Shown piece by piece: positions 11,586-20,831 of a stretch of DNA of 49,930 bases. Made by a program: the position numbers and the translations under genes. The notes beneath the pieces are model-generated. The model saw nothing but the letters and a program-made list of their open reading frames with translations, was not told the origin of the DNA and searched no databases. Positions within the stretch are counted from its first letter, which is position 1, and every line of letters starts with the position of its first letter. The stretch comes from an uncultured Tissierella sp. (lineage in GTDB: Bacteria > Bacillota > Clostridia > Tissierellales > Tissierellaceae). The DNA lies in NCBI GenBank assembly GCA_964590735.1, contig CAZPZN010000002.1, forward strand, positions 1-49,930, in the 5' to 3' direction.

Positions 11586-12515
11586 ATGAAAGTAATATTC
11601 ATGGGTACACCGGAATTTGCAGTGCCCACACTAGAAAACTTGTATAAAAAAGGCTATGATATAGAATTGGTTATTACACAGGAAGATAAGCCTAAGGGAA
11701 GGGGGAAGAAATTATTACCCACCCCTGTTAAAGAAAAGGCTTTAGAACTTGGGCTTCAAATATATCAACCTAAGAATATAAACGACTCAGAATCTGTGGA
11801 TATTATAAAGAATATTTCTCCTGATTTTATAATTGTAGTTGCTTATGGGCAAATTCTTAGAATAGATATTCTAAAAATACCTAAATATGGTTGCTTCAAT
11901 GTTCATGCCTCTATATTACCAAAGTATAGAGGAGCAGCACCTATTAACTGGGCCATTTTAGATGGTGAAAAAGAAACTGGAGTTTCTATTATGAAAATAG
12001 AAGAAGGATTAGATTCTGGAGATACTCTTTTAATAGGAAGGATAGAAATCCTTGAAGATGATGATTTTATAACAATCCATGATAAATTGTCCGCTTTAGG
12101 TGGAGAATTAATGATAGATGCCATGGAGGACCTAGTAGAAGAGAAGGCTGTTTTATCTCCTCAAAATCATGAACTAAGCACCTATGCTCCTATGATATAT
12201 AAGGATTTAGGAAGAATTGATTGGAATAAAAGTGCTAAGGATATTTTCAATATGGTTAGAGGTCTTAAACCTTGGCCAATTGCATTTTCCTATTATGGAG
12301 ACGAAATAATTAAGATACATCAAGTTACCTTTAATGAGGATAAATTAGATATTCCTAGTGGAACTATAGTAGAAGTAAGTAAAAAGGGTATAAATGTTGC
12401 AGTGGGAGATGGTCAAATTATAATTGAAAAGCTTCAATTTCCAGGCAAGAAGGTTCTGACAGTAGCTCAATATTTGGCAGGAAATGATATAGAAGAAGGT
12501 AAGGTTTTAAAATAG
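11586..12515 (+). CDS. fmt: Methionyl-tRNA formyltransferase
   Basis: FMGTPEFAV, VVAYGQIL and NVHASILPKYRGAAPI. Confidence 0.96.
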   Translation: MKVIFMGTPEFAVPTLENLYKKGYDIELVITQEDKPKGRGKKLLPTPVKEKALELGLQIYQPKNINDSESVDIIKNISPDFIIVVAYGQILRIDILKIPKYGCFNVHASILPKYRGAAPINWAILDGEKETGVSIMKIEEGLDSGDTLLIGRIEILEDDDFITIHDKLSALGGELMIDAMEDLVEEKAVLSPQNHELSTYAPMIYKDLGRIDWNKSAKDIFNMVRGLKPWPIAFSYYGDEIIKIHQVTFNEDKLDIPSGTIVEVSKKGINVAVGDGQIIIEKLQFPGKKVLTVAQYLAGNDIEEGKVLK

Positions 12516-12527
12516 GAAGGTGATAGT

Positions 12528-13223
12528 ATGTATGGATATGGAATGTCCGGAGGCTATTATAGCTCATATTTGATCTTTGTACTCCCTGCTTTATTATTTG
12601 CAGGATATGCACAAATGAAAATAAACAATACTTTTAATAAATATTTAAGAGTAAATAGTAATAGTGGCTTAACAGGATTACAAACTGCTAGGATGATCTT
12701 GGATAGAAATGGCCTTTATGATGTTCATGTAGAGCAAGTAGCAGGAAATTTAACTGACCATTATGACCCAAGAACTAGAGTTTTAAGGTTATCACGAAAT
12801 GTTTATGGAAGTTCTAGTGTGGCGGCTTTAAGCGTAGCTGCCCATGAGGTAGGTCATGCTATACAGCATTCAGATGGATACTTTCCACTTATGTTAAGAA
12901 ACAATATTGCACCTATTGCAAATATAGGGTCAAGAATGGTATGGCTCTTCATAATCCTAGGTTTTTTAATAAGTCCATTCTTTATTGATATTGGTATAGC
13001 ATTATTTCTTGGCGTAGTATTATTTCAAGTAATAACCCTCCCTGTGGAATACAATGCTAGCAGGAGGGCATTAGTTCAACTGGAAAATGGCATCCTACCA
13101 CAAGAGAATTTAAAGCCTGCAAAACAGGTTTTAAATGCGGCTGCCCTTACCTATGTTGCAGCAACTCTAACAGCAGTAGGAGAGCTATTAAGAATTTTAT
13201 TTATGACAAGAAGAAGAGATTAA
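12528..13223 (+). CDS. Membrane zinc metallopeptidase (YugP / Zn_peptidase_2 family)
   Basis: LTDHYDP, AAHEVGHAIQ (HExxH), TLPVEYNASRRA and AAALTYVA. Confidence 0.88.
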   Translation: MYGYGMSGGYYSSYLIFVLPALLFAGYAQMKINNTFNKYLRVNSNSGLTGLQTARMILDRNGLYDVHVEQVAGNLTDHYDPRTRVLRLSRNVYGSSSVAALSVAAHEVGHAIQHSDGYFPLMLRNNIAPIANIGSRMVWLFIILGFLISPFFIDIGIALFLGVVLFQVITLPVEYNASRRALVQLENGILPQENLKPAKQVLNAAALTYVAATLTAVGELLRILFMTRRRD

Positions 13224-13247
13224 AGGGGGAGGATTCCCCCTTTTTTT
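13222..13247 (+). terminator. Intrinsic terminator between the peptidase gene and rsmB
   Basis: AAAGGGGGA-ggat-TCCCCCTTT stem running into a T7 tract. Confidence 0.7.
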
Positions 13248-13261
13248 ATGGAGGTTTTTTT

Positions 13262-14605
13262 ATGAGTGCAAATCCTAGAAATATTGCTTTAAGAATTTTA
13301 TTGGATATAGATGAGAAAAAAGGGTATTCCAATCTTTCTATTAGCAAAAATATAAAAGAAGAAATTTCTCAAAAGGATGAGAATTTAATTAGAGAATTAG
13401 TATATGGAAGCCTTGAAAATAGGTTATATATTGATTACATCATCTCTAAGGCTTCAAAGATTAATAGAAATAAGATTCATCCAGCAATAATGAGTATTTT
13501 AAGACTTGGAATTTATCAGATAGCTTTTATGGATAAAATACCTGATAGTGCTGCCGTTAATGAATCAGTAAAACTAGCTAAAAAATATGGAAACAAGGGT
13601 AGTAGTGGTTTTGTTAATGGGGTCTTAAGATCCATAAGCCGTGATAAAGAAGGCTTTTTATCCATAGATATAAAGGATGAAGTGAAGTATTTAAGTATTA
13701 AATATTCCCATCCGGAAGAGTTGGTTAAAAGGTTTATTAATGATTTTGGCAGCGAATTTACAAAGGGCCTACTTGTAGCTAACAATACCACACCTCTTTT
13801 GAATATCAGAGTGAATACCCTAAAGACAGATAAGGATACTCTTAAGAGTAAACTTGAGGATAAAGGATTTAAAATATCCTATGGTCAATATGCAAATGAC
13901 AGTCTAATAATTCATAACCCAGCCAGAATAACTAGTCTTGAGGAGTTTAAAAAGGGACTATTTACTATTCAGGATGAAAGCTCTATGCTTGTAGCTCAAT
14001 TATTAAATCCAAAGGAAGGATCCTTAGTAATTGATCTTTGTAGTGCACCAGGTGGAAAATCCACCCATATTGCACAATATATGAATAATAAGGGTCTAAT
14101 CATCTCTAGGGATAAGTTCGAACACAAGATAAAACTAGTTGAGGACAATGCTAATAGGCTTGGTATAGACATTATTAAAACAGAGGTTTATGATGCCCTT
14201 GAAGTGGATGAAAACTTAATAACTAAAGCTGATTATGTACTAGTAGATGCACCTTGCTCTGGATTAGGGCTTATTAGAAGAAAGCCTGAAATCAAATGGA
14301 ATAAAACATCAGATGATATAGATGAACTCTCTAAATTACAAGAAGATATCTTGGATGTTGCCAAGGGATATTTAAAAAAAGGTGGAATTTTAATATATTC
14401 TACTTGTACCATATTGAACCAAGAGAATATTCAAGTAGTTGAAAATTTCCTTAGAAAAAATAAGGATTTTAGAAGTATGGAACTAGAAGATAGTAATCTT
14501 TCTAATAAAGAAATTAATAGCTTAAAGAAAGGATATATTCAGTTATATCCTAATAAACACAATACAGATGGCTTTTTTATAGCAAAAATGATTAAAGAAG
14601 GATAG
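13262..14605 (+). CDS. rsmB: 16S rRNA m5C967 methyltransferase (Sun/RsmB)
   Basis: NusB-like N-domain (AAVNESVKLAK, FVNGVLR), QDESS, DLCSAPGGKS, DAPCSGLG and YSTCT. Confidence 0.95.
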   Translation: MSANPRNIALRILLDIDEKKGYSNLSISKNIKEEISQKDENLIRELVYGSLENRLYIDYIISKASKINRNKIHPAIMSILRLGIYQIAFMDKIPDSAAVNESVKLAKKYGNKGSSGFVNGVLRSISRDKEGFLSIDIKDEVKYLSIKYSHPEELVKRFINDFGSEFTKGLLVANNTTPLLNIRVNTLKTDKDTLKSKLEDKGFKISYGQYANDSLIIHNPARITSLEEFKKGLFTIQDESSMLVAQLLNPKEGSLVIDLCSAPGGKSTHIAQYMNNKGLIISRDKFEHKIKLVEDNANRLGIDIIKTEVYDALEVDENLITKADYVLVDAPCSGLGLIRRKPEIKWNKTSDDIDELSKLQEDILDVAKGYLKKGGILIYSTCTILNQENIQVVENFLRKNKDFRSMELEDSNLSNKEINSLKKGYIQLYPNKHNTDGFFIAKMIKEG

Positions 14606-14655
14606 ATTAATTAAATGATATTATGTATAATATGTCTTAGGACAGAGGTGGTAGT

Positions 14656-15690
14656 ATGAATAAAATTGAAATAAACTCTTTAACTCTAGAGGAATCCAAA
14701 GAATTTATGAAAGATATTGGTGAAAAGCCCTTTAGAGGTGAACAAGTTTTTTCATATTTTAATAGAAATAGGAAGTTGGATATAAATGAATTAAACCTCC
14801 TTCCCCAAAATTTACGAACTAAGCTTGATGAGTTAGTAACAGTTAATCAAATTAAGCTTCTTCAAAGATTCGATTCTAAGCTGGATAAGACCAATAAGTA
14901 TTTATTCCACTTAGAGGATGGTAACATAATAGAAAGTGTTTTTATGGAATATAAGCACGGTAATACTGCATGCATATCTACACAAGTTGGGTGTAAGATG
15001 GGATGCGCTTTTTGTGCTTCTACTAAAGAGGGACTAATAAGACATTTAAGTCCTGCGGAAATGGTTAACCAGATCTATATGATGGAAAAGGATAGAGAAT
15101 CTGAAATCTCTAATATAGTCTTAATGGGAAGTGGAGAACCTCTAGATAATTATGATAATGTAGTAAAGTTTATTAATATAATACATGATGAAAAGGGACA
15201 TAACATAGGTCTAAGAAATATTACTATTTCCACCTGTGGTCTAGTGCCTAGGATATATGATTTGGCAAAGGAGAATTTACCTATTACCCTTTCCATATCC
15301 CTCCATTCACCATTTGATGAAGAGAGAATGAAGATTATGCCTATTTCTAAAAGATATAAATTAAAGGACCTCCTAGAAGCTTGTAAACATTATGGAGATT
15401 CCAATAATAGGAGAATTACCTTCGAATATACCCTTATCGATGGTGTAAATGACGGTGAAAAGGAAGTAGACGAACTTACGAGGATTTTAAAGGGCATTAA
15501 CGCGCATATAAACTTGATACCTCTTAATCCAATCAAAGAGTATAATAAAATAAGACCAGAAAGAACAAATGTTGAAAGGTTTCAAAAGATGCTCTTAAAT
15601 AAGAAATTACAAGCTACAATAAGAAGAGAGATGGGAAGCGATATAAGTGCTTCCTGTGGACAGCTAAGAAGAAGTGTAATAGAGAATTGA
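14656..15690 (+). CDS. rlmN: 23S rRNA m2A2503 / tRNA radical-SAM methyltransferase
   Basis: CISTQVGCKMGCAFC, MGSGEPLDN, SLHS, NLIPLNP and C-terminal ASCGQL. Position between rsmB and the phosphatase. Confidence 0.93.
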   Translation: MNKIEINSLTLEESKEFMKDIGEKPFRGEQVFSYFNRNRKLDINELNLLPQNLRTKLDELVTVNQIKLLQRFDSKLDKTNKYLFHLEDGNIIESVFMEYKHGNTACISTQVGCKMGCAFCASTKEGLIRHLSPAEMVNQIYMMEKDRESEISNIVLMGSGEPLDNYDNVVKFINIIHDEKGHNIGLRNITISTCGLVPRIYDLAKENLPITLSISLHSPFDEERMKIMPISKRYKLKDLLEACKHYGDSNNRRITFEYTLIDGVNDGEKEVDELTRILKGINAHINLIPLNPIKEYNKIRPERTNVERFQKMLLNKKLQATIRREMGSDISASCGQLRRSVIEN

Positions 15691-15709
15691 TAAATCTTGG
15701 GGTGATACG

Positions 15710-16462
15710 ATGATTGTTGGAGCCGTAAGCGATATTGGATTAAAAAGAGAAAATAATCAAGACTATATGTTTGCATCTAGTGAGAGTGACTTTCCTATTT
15801 TTCTTGTAGCAGATGGAATGGGTGGTCATAATGCGGGAGATATAGCCAGCTCCATGGCAGTAAAAAGCATAGTGGAATTTATAGATGAAAATAAGGAAAT
15901 GTTAAAGAATCCAGATGATATTAAAAGATACATCAAAAAAGCCATAGACCAAGCAAATGATGAAATCTTTATTAAATCCTTAGACTCATCTGAATTCAAT
16001 GGAATGGGCACTACTTTAACCATGGCTTATATAGGAGATAAAAACCTAGTTATTGGTCATGTTGGAGATAGTAGGGCATATTTAATTAGAGAAGGTAAGA
16101 TAATTCAATTAACTGATGATCATACATTAGTAAATGAGTTGATAAAAAATGGTTCTATAGATAAGGATGAAGCAAAGGACCATCCTCAAGGGCATGTCAT
16201 AACAAGGGCTATTGGTACAAGCTATAAGATTAAATCAGATGTTTTTTCAAAGGATATTACAAATAATGATATAATTATTCTATGTAGTGATGGTCTTACT
16301 AATATGATTGACGATGATGTTATCTTAAGAGTAATAGAAAAGTATGACAAAAAGGATATGAATAATATATGCAATGTATTAGTAAAATTAGCAAAAGAAA
16401 ATGGTGGAAGGGATAATATAACGGTTATAGGAATTAATATGGATAATGAGGTGTTAAGATGA
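15710..16462 (+). CDS. prpC: PP2C-family Ser/Thr phosphatase (Stp1/PrpC)
   Basis: RENNQD, VADGMGGH, GMGTT, HVGDSRAY, LCSDGL and GGRDNIT. Confidence 0.92.
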   Translation: MIVGAVSDIGLKRENNQDYMFASSESDFPIFLVADGMGGHNAGDIASSMAVKSIVEFIDENKEMLKNPDDIKRYIKKAIDQANDEIFIKSLDSSEFNGMGTTLTMAYIGDKNLVIGHVGDSRAYLIREGKIIQLTDDHTLVNELIKNGSIDKDEAKDHPQGHVITRAIGTSYKIKSDVFSKDITNNDIIILCSDGLTNMIDDDVILRVIEKYDKKDMNNICNVLVKLAKENGGRDNITVIGINMDNEVLR

Positions 16463-18426
16463 TTGGTACCATGCTGGGTAATAGATATGAGATAATTGAG
16501 AAGGTAGGCGAAGGTGGTATGGCCATTGTTTATAAGGCTAAATGTCACCTTTTAAACAGATTCGTAGCCATAAAAGTACTTAGGGATGAATTTACTGAGG
16601 ATGAAGATTTTATAAGAAAATTTAGGAGGGAGTCCCAGGCAGCAGCCAGTCTTTCACATCCAAATATTCTTAACATATATGATGTAGGTGCTGAGGAAGT
16701 TGAAGGGAAGAAGATATACTATATCGTAATGGAATTTATTAATGGGAAGACTCTTAAAGATATAATAAAAAACAAGGGTAAGTTAAGTCCACAAGAGACC
16801 ATAAACTATTCTCTACAAATGGCAGAAGCCCTTAAACATGCCCATAGGAACCATATAGTTCATAGGGATATTAAACCACATAATATGATGATTACAGAGG
16901 ATAATAGACTTAAGGTTACTGATTTTGGTATTGCTCGTGCAGTTACTTCCTCTACTGTTACTACTTCATCTAATGTATTGGGAAGTGTCCATTATTTTTC
17001 ACCTGAGCAGGCTAGGGGTGGCTATACAGATGAAAAATCTGATATATACTCCTTGGGGATTGTAATGTATGAAATGATAACAGGAAAAGTCCCCTATGAT
17101 GGTGATAGCCCAATAAGCGTAGCCCTTAAACATATTCAAAGTGATATTATAGCACCAAGTGAACTAGATGCTTCCATACCTAACAATCTTGAAGCCATAA
17201 TATTAAAATGTATCCAAAAACGTCAAAGTGATAGATATTCTAACGTTACTGATCTTATTCAAGACTTAAAGTCTTTAGAGAACCCTGACTCTATGCCTAT
17301 AAAGGAAGTCCAGGTGGATTCTTCAACCAGAATTATACCTGCTTTAGACATAGAAGAGGATGATGAAGTGAATACGCCATCTATTAAGAAAAAGAAAAAG
17401 CCAACAAACAAAAAAGAAACTAAAGATAAAAAAGAAGGCGGGGGCTTGGTAGTATTTTTAGGTATTCTTCTAGCTTTTCTCTTAGCAACTTCTATGTTTT
17501 ATGGATATGCAAAACTTAAGAATTTCTTAGCAGTCCAGGAAATAACTATGATTGATATTATGGGTAAGCAAGAGGAAGTAGCCAAAGAAGAAGTTGAAGC
17601 TCTAGGATTAGTATTTAATGTGACTGATCGAGTGAGGAGCAGAGAATTTGCCGCCGGTGAGGTAATGTACCAATCCGTAGAAGCAAATGCTAAAGTAAAA
17701 GATGGATTCCCTGTCAATGTTACCATAAGTACAGGTGTTGAATTGACCTCTGTTCCTTTAGTAATTAATAAGACTTTAGCTGAGGCTGAGTCTATGATTA
17801 CAGGAGCAGATCTTCAAGTAGGGCAAAGAGACCCTGGGTTTTCAGACATTATACCAAAGGGAAGTGTAATGGACCAGGACCCTGAAGCTTTAACACAGGT
17901 GGAACCGGGTACTAGAATCAATCTTGTAATAAGTGAAGGACCTGAAGTGAAAATTGCCTTTATGCCAAGCCTATTAAATACTCCAATAAGTCAGGCAAGA
18001 AACCAATTGACAGACTTAGGACTTGTAGTGGGAGAAGTTTCTCCTCAGCCAAGTAATAGTGTGGAAAAGGATTTAGTAATTTGGCAAGAATATGAGCAAG
18101 GAACTGAACTTGAAACCGGAACCTCAGTAGACTTATTTATTAGTTCTGGACCTGAAGAAGAGCCTGAACCTGAGCCTGAGCCAAATGAAGAAGAACCAAC
18201 CGATAGGGTTGTAACTACAACCATTACAGTTTCACCTTTTATGCATAAGGAAGAAACCCATATAAAAATAATCCGTAATCAGGATGGAGAAACCATGGTG
18301 GTGCATAATAAGCTGCATAAAGCATCCGATGGAGTTGTTGTACTACAATTTGATAGTAAAGTAGGTGCTACCTTTGATATTCTTAGGGATGAAACATATG
18401 AAGGTACTACACCACCAGCACAATAG
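16459..18426 (+). CDS. pknB: PASTA-domain Ser/Thr protein kinase (PknB/PrkC)
   Basis: GEGGMA, VAIK, HRDIKPHN, DFGIAR and YFSPEQARG, then one TM helix, about three PASTA repeats and an EPEPEPEP linker. Confidence 0.95.
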   Translation: MIGTMLGNRYEIIEKVGEGGMAIVYKAKCHLLNRFVAIKVLRDEFTEDEDFIRKFRRESQAAASLSHPNILNIYDVGAEEVEGKKIYYIVMEFINGKTLKDIIKNKGKLSPQETINYSLQMAEALKHAHRNHIVHRDIKPHNMMITEDNRLKVTDFGIARAVTSSTVTTSSNVLGSVHYFSPEQARGGYTDEKSDIYSLGIVMYEMITGKVPYDGDSPISVALKHIQSDIIAPSELDASIPNNLEAIILKCIQKRQSDRYSNVTDLIQDLKSLENPDSMPIKEVQVDSSTRIIPALDIEEDDEVNTPSIKKKKKPTNKKETKDKKEGGGLVVFLGILLAFLLATSMFYGYAKLKNFLAVQEITMIDIMGKQEEVAKEEVEALGLVFNVTDRVRSREFAAGEVMYQSVEANAKVKDGFPVNVTISTGVELTSVPLVINKTLAEAESMITGADLQVGQRDPGFSDIIPKGSVMDQDPEALTQVEPGTRINLVISEGPEVKIAFMPSLLNTPISQARNQLTDLGLVVGEVSPQPSNSVEKDLVIWQEYEQGTELETGTSVDLFISSGPEEEPEPEPEPNEEEPTDRVVTTTITVSPFMHKEETHIKIIRNQDGETMVVHNKLHKASDGVVVLQFDSKVGATFDILRDETYEGTTPPAQ

Positions 18427-18438
18427 AGGGGTATTTAA

Positions 18439-19314
18439 ATGTTAGAAGGTATAATAATCAAAGCTATTGGTGGATTTTATTACGTTAAAACAAGCCAAGG
18501 TATAATAGAGTCTAGAGGCAGAGGGGTCTTGAGATTAGAGGGAATCACACCTCTAGTAGGAGATTATGTAAGGATTAGAATAAGTTCTGAGGATAACTCT
18601 GGCTATTTAGAGGAAATCTTAGATAGGAAAAATGAGCTTATTAGACCTCCTGTAGCCAATATTACCCAGGCGGTAATAGTCATGAGTGTTAAAAAACCAG
18701 ATATAAACACTTGGCTCTTAGACAAGTTCCTAATGATGGCAGAACACAATAATTTGAATATTGTTATCTGTTTCAATAAGCTGGATCTTTCTGAAGAAGA
18801 AACTAATAAGATAAGAAGGACTTATGAATTAGCTGGCTACCAAGTTATTATAACAAGTAGCACCTTAGATATAGGAATTGATCAACTTAAAGAGGCACTT
18901 AAAGATAATATTACGGTATTTGCAGGCCCTTCTGGAGTAGGGAAGTCTTCCCTACTCAATAGGGTCAATAAGGATTTTAATCGTGAAATAGGAGTTGTTA
19001 GCAGCAAATCCAAGAGGGGTAAACATACAACTCGAAGTGTAGAGCTACTTGAGATTGAAGAAAATTCATATGTTTTGGATACTCCGGGATTTTCCTCCTT
19101 GGATATAAGTTTTATAGAAGATGTTTCAGATGTAAGACTTTATTTTAGGGAAATCAAAGAACAGGGTAAAGGCTGTAGATTTTTATCTTGCCTTCACGAC
19201 AAGGAGCCGGATTGCTCAGTCAAAAAAGCTGTAGAAGAAGGTTTAATAGATGAGGACAGATATAAGAATTACCTACTGCTCCTTGAAGAAATAAAGAATA
19301 CAAGGAGGTACTAG
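18439..19314 (+). CDS. rsgA: Ribosome small-subunit-dependent GTPase A (CpgA)
   Basis: Circularly permuted NKLD...GPSGVGKSS, GKHTTR and DTPGFS, plus a C-terminal CxxxxCxHxxEPxC zinc site. Confidence 0.95.
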   Translation: MLEGIIIKAIGGFYYVKTSQGIIESRGRGVLRLEGITPLVGDYVRIRISSEDNSGYLEEILDRKNELIRPPVANITQAVIVMSVKKPDINTWLLDKFLMMAEHNNLNIVICFNKLDLSEEETNKIRRTYELAGYQVIITSSTLDIGIDQLKEALKDNITVFAGPSGVGKSSLLNRVNKDFNREIGVVSSKSKRGKHTTRSVELLEIEENSYVLDTPGFSSLDISFIEDVSDVRLYFREIKEQGKGCRFLSCLHDKEPDCSVKKAVEEGLIDEDRYKNYLLLLEEIKNTRRY

Positions 19315-19315
19315 A

Positions 19316-19972
19316 ATGGCAAAAATTGCACCAAGTCTTTTATCTGCAGACTTTGCTAATTTAACTGAAGAGATTAAGAAAATAGAAAAAGGTGGGGCTG
19401 ATTACTTACATCTTGACGTAATGGATGGAGTATTTGTACCAAATATTACTTTTGGACCACCTGTAATCAGTAAATTGAAAAAGGTAACTAATCTACCCTT
19501 TGATGTTCATCTTATGATAGATAAACCAGAACGATTTATTAAAGATTTTGCAGATGCTGGAGCAAATATCTTAACCGTACACCCAGAGGCCACTATTCAT
19601 CTGCATAGAACTATTCAAGAGATAAAGAAGCATGGAATGAAGGCGGGGGTATCACTAAATCCATCAACTGATATAAGTGTACTAAATTATATTCTAGAGG
19701 ATATAGATTTGATTCTAGTTATGACAGTAAACCCCGGTTTTGGAGGACAAGGTTTTATAGACACTATGATAGATAAGATTAAGTCATTAAGAAATATGAT
19801 AGACCAAAGAGGTTTAGACATAATATTAGAGGTAGACGGAGGTGTTAAGCTATCAAATGCCAAAGACCTTGTAGATTTAGGTGTTGATTTATTGGTAGCA
19901 GGAAGTGAAATATTTGGGGCAGATGATGTTGAGGAAAGAACTAGGGAATTTAAGTTAATTATTGATAAGTAA
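19316..19972 (+). CDS. rpe: Ribulose-phosphate 3-epimerase
   Basis: APSLLSADF, HLDVMDGVFVPNITFG, MTVNPGFGGQ and EVDGGV. Confidence 0.96.
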   Translation: MAKIAPSLLSADFANLTEEIKKIEKGGADYLHLDVMDGVFVPNITFGPPVISKLKKVTNLPFDVHLMIDKPERFIKDFADAGANILTVHPEATIHLHRTIQEIKKHGMKAGVSLNPSTDISVLNYILEDIDLILVMTVNPGFGGQGFIDTMIDKIKSLRNMIDQRGLDIILEVDGGVKLSNAKDLVDLGVDLLVAGSEIFGADDVEERTREFKLIIDK

Positions 19973-19990
19973 GAAGATATATGATAAGAT
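19962..19990 (+). promoter_or_regulatory. Sigma-A promoter feeding the TPP riboswitch
   Basis: TTGATA-17 nt-TAAGAT with extended TG. Confidence 0.6.
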
Positions 19991-20008
19991 AAACAAAATT
20001 AATACAAT

Positions 20009-20097
20009 AACCACTAGGGGAGCTGTTTGCTGAGAGAAGACACTTGTCTTTGACCCTTATGACCTGAACTAGGTAATACTAGCGGAGGGAAGTGTGT
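20009..20097 (+). ncRNA. TPP (thi-box) riboswitch aptamer
   Basis: CACTAGGGGAGC...GCTGAGA...GACCCT...ACCTGAACTAGGTAATACTAGCGGAGGGAAGTG carries the TPP consensus elements. Directly upstream of thiT. Confidence 0.95.
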
Positions 20098-20110
20098 ATA
20101 AGTAGACTAT

Positions 20111-20138
20111 ACCATTCCCTAGGGAGTGGTTTTTGTTT
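20111..20138 (+). terminator. Riboswitch expression-platform terminator
   Basis: ACCATTCCC-ta-GGGAGTGGT followed by TTTTGTTT. Confidence 0.85.
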
Positions 20139-20155
20139 GCTTAAGGAGGAGAATT

Positions 20156-20689
20156 ATGGGTAAAAAAGTTAGTGTAAGAATGCTAACAGAAGGCGGAATG
20201 ATGTTGGCTTTGGCGGTATTATTAAATCAATTTAAAATTTATCAGGCTCCAAATGGAGGTAGTATTTCAGCTGGTAGCATGATTCCTATTATGATATTTG
20301 CCCTACGTTGGGGAATAGGACCAGGGCTCGTTGTAGGAGGAACATATGGACTACTAGATTTTATTTTCAAGCCTTATTTTTACCATCCTATACAATTTAT
20401 CTTAGATTATATTTTGGCCTATGGTCTTTTAGGGTTAGCTGGAATAGGTTATGATAAAGATAACAATAAACCAACATCCTCTATGGTTATTGGTGTAATT
20501 GTAGCAATAGGAGGAAGAATGATATCCCATGTGTTATCTGGAGTGGTATTTTTTGCGGAATATGCAGGAGATCAAAATCCTTGGATATATTCAATTCTTT
20601 ATAATGCAACCTATTTAGTTCCTGAACTAATCATATCTTTAGTAGTATTGTTATTAATTTGGAAACCTTTAAAAAAAGTATTAAAATAA
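20156..20689 (+). CDS. thiT: ECF-type thiamine transporter S component
   Basis: PNGGSIS, MIPI, RWG, HPIQFILDY, HVLSGVVFFAEYA and YSILYNATY. TPP riboswitch upstream and AAGGAGG RBS. Confidence 0.92.
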   Translation: MGKKVSVRMLTEGGMMLALAVLLNQFKIYQAPNGGSISAGSMIPIMIFALRWGIGPGLVVGGTYGLLDFIFKPYFYHPIQFILDYILAYGLLGLAGIGYDKDNNKPTSSMVIGVIVAIGGRMISHVLSGVVFFAEYAGDQNPWIYSILYNATYLVPELIISLVVLLLIWKPLKKVLK

Positions 20690-20816
20690 TAACGAGGTGT
20701 TTATATCCCCCGCTTCTATAAGCGGTCGGGACCATTATACTACAACAGGTAGGTGTCTTAATCACTCACCTCGTTGCAGCGGAAAGTAGAAACTGCAAGC
20801 AGTTTCATCAAAGCTT
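20690..20816 (+). repeat. Intergenic repeat family 1, copy A (longest)
   Basis: Outer stem AACGAGGTG/CACCTCGTT (20691-20699/20767-20775), inner hairpin TCCC-CCGCTT-ctat-AAGCGG-tc-GGGA and tail hairpin GAAACTG-caag-CAGTTTC. About 83% identical over 90 nt to 26961-27050 by hand alignment. Confidence 0.9.
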
Positions 20817-20831
20817 AAAGTAGGGGTAAAT

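Noticed and set aside
14656-15690. Possible Cfr-type resistance methyltransferase
   Set aside because: It sits in the canonical rsmB-rlmN-phosphatase-kinase position with no mobile context, so housekeeping RlmN is the simpler call.
18151-18198. CCTGA(A/G) tandem repeat
   Set aside because: Coding Glu-Pro linker of PknB; an ordinary low-complexity spacer.
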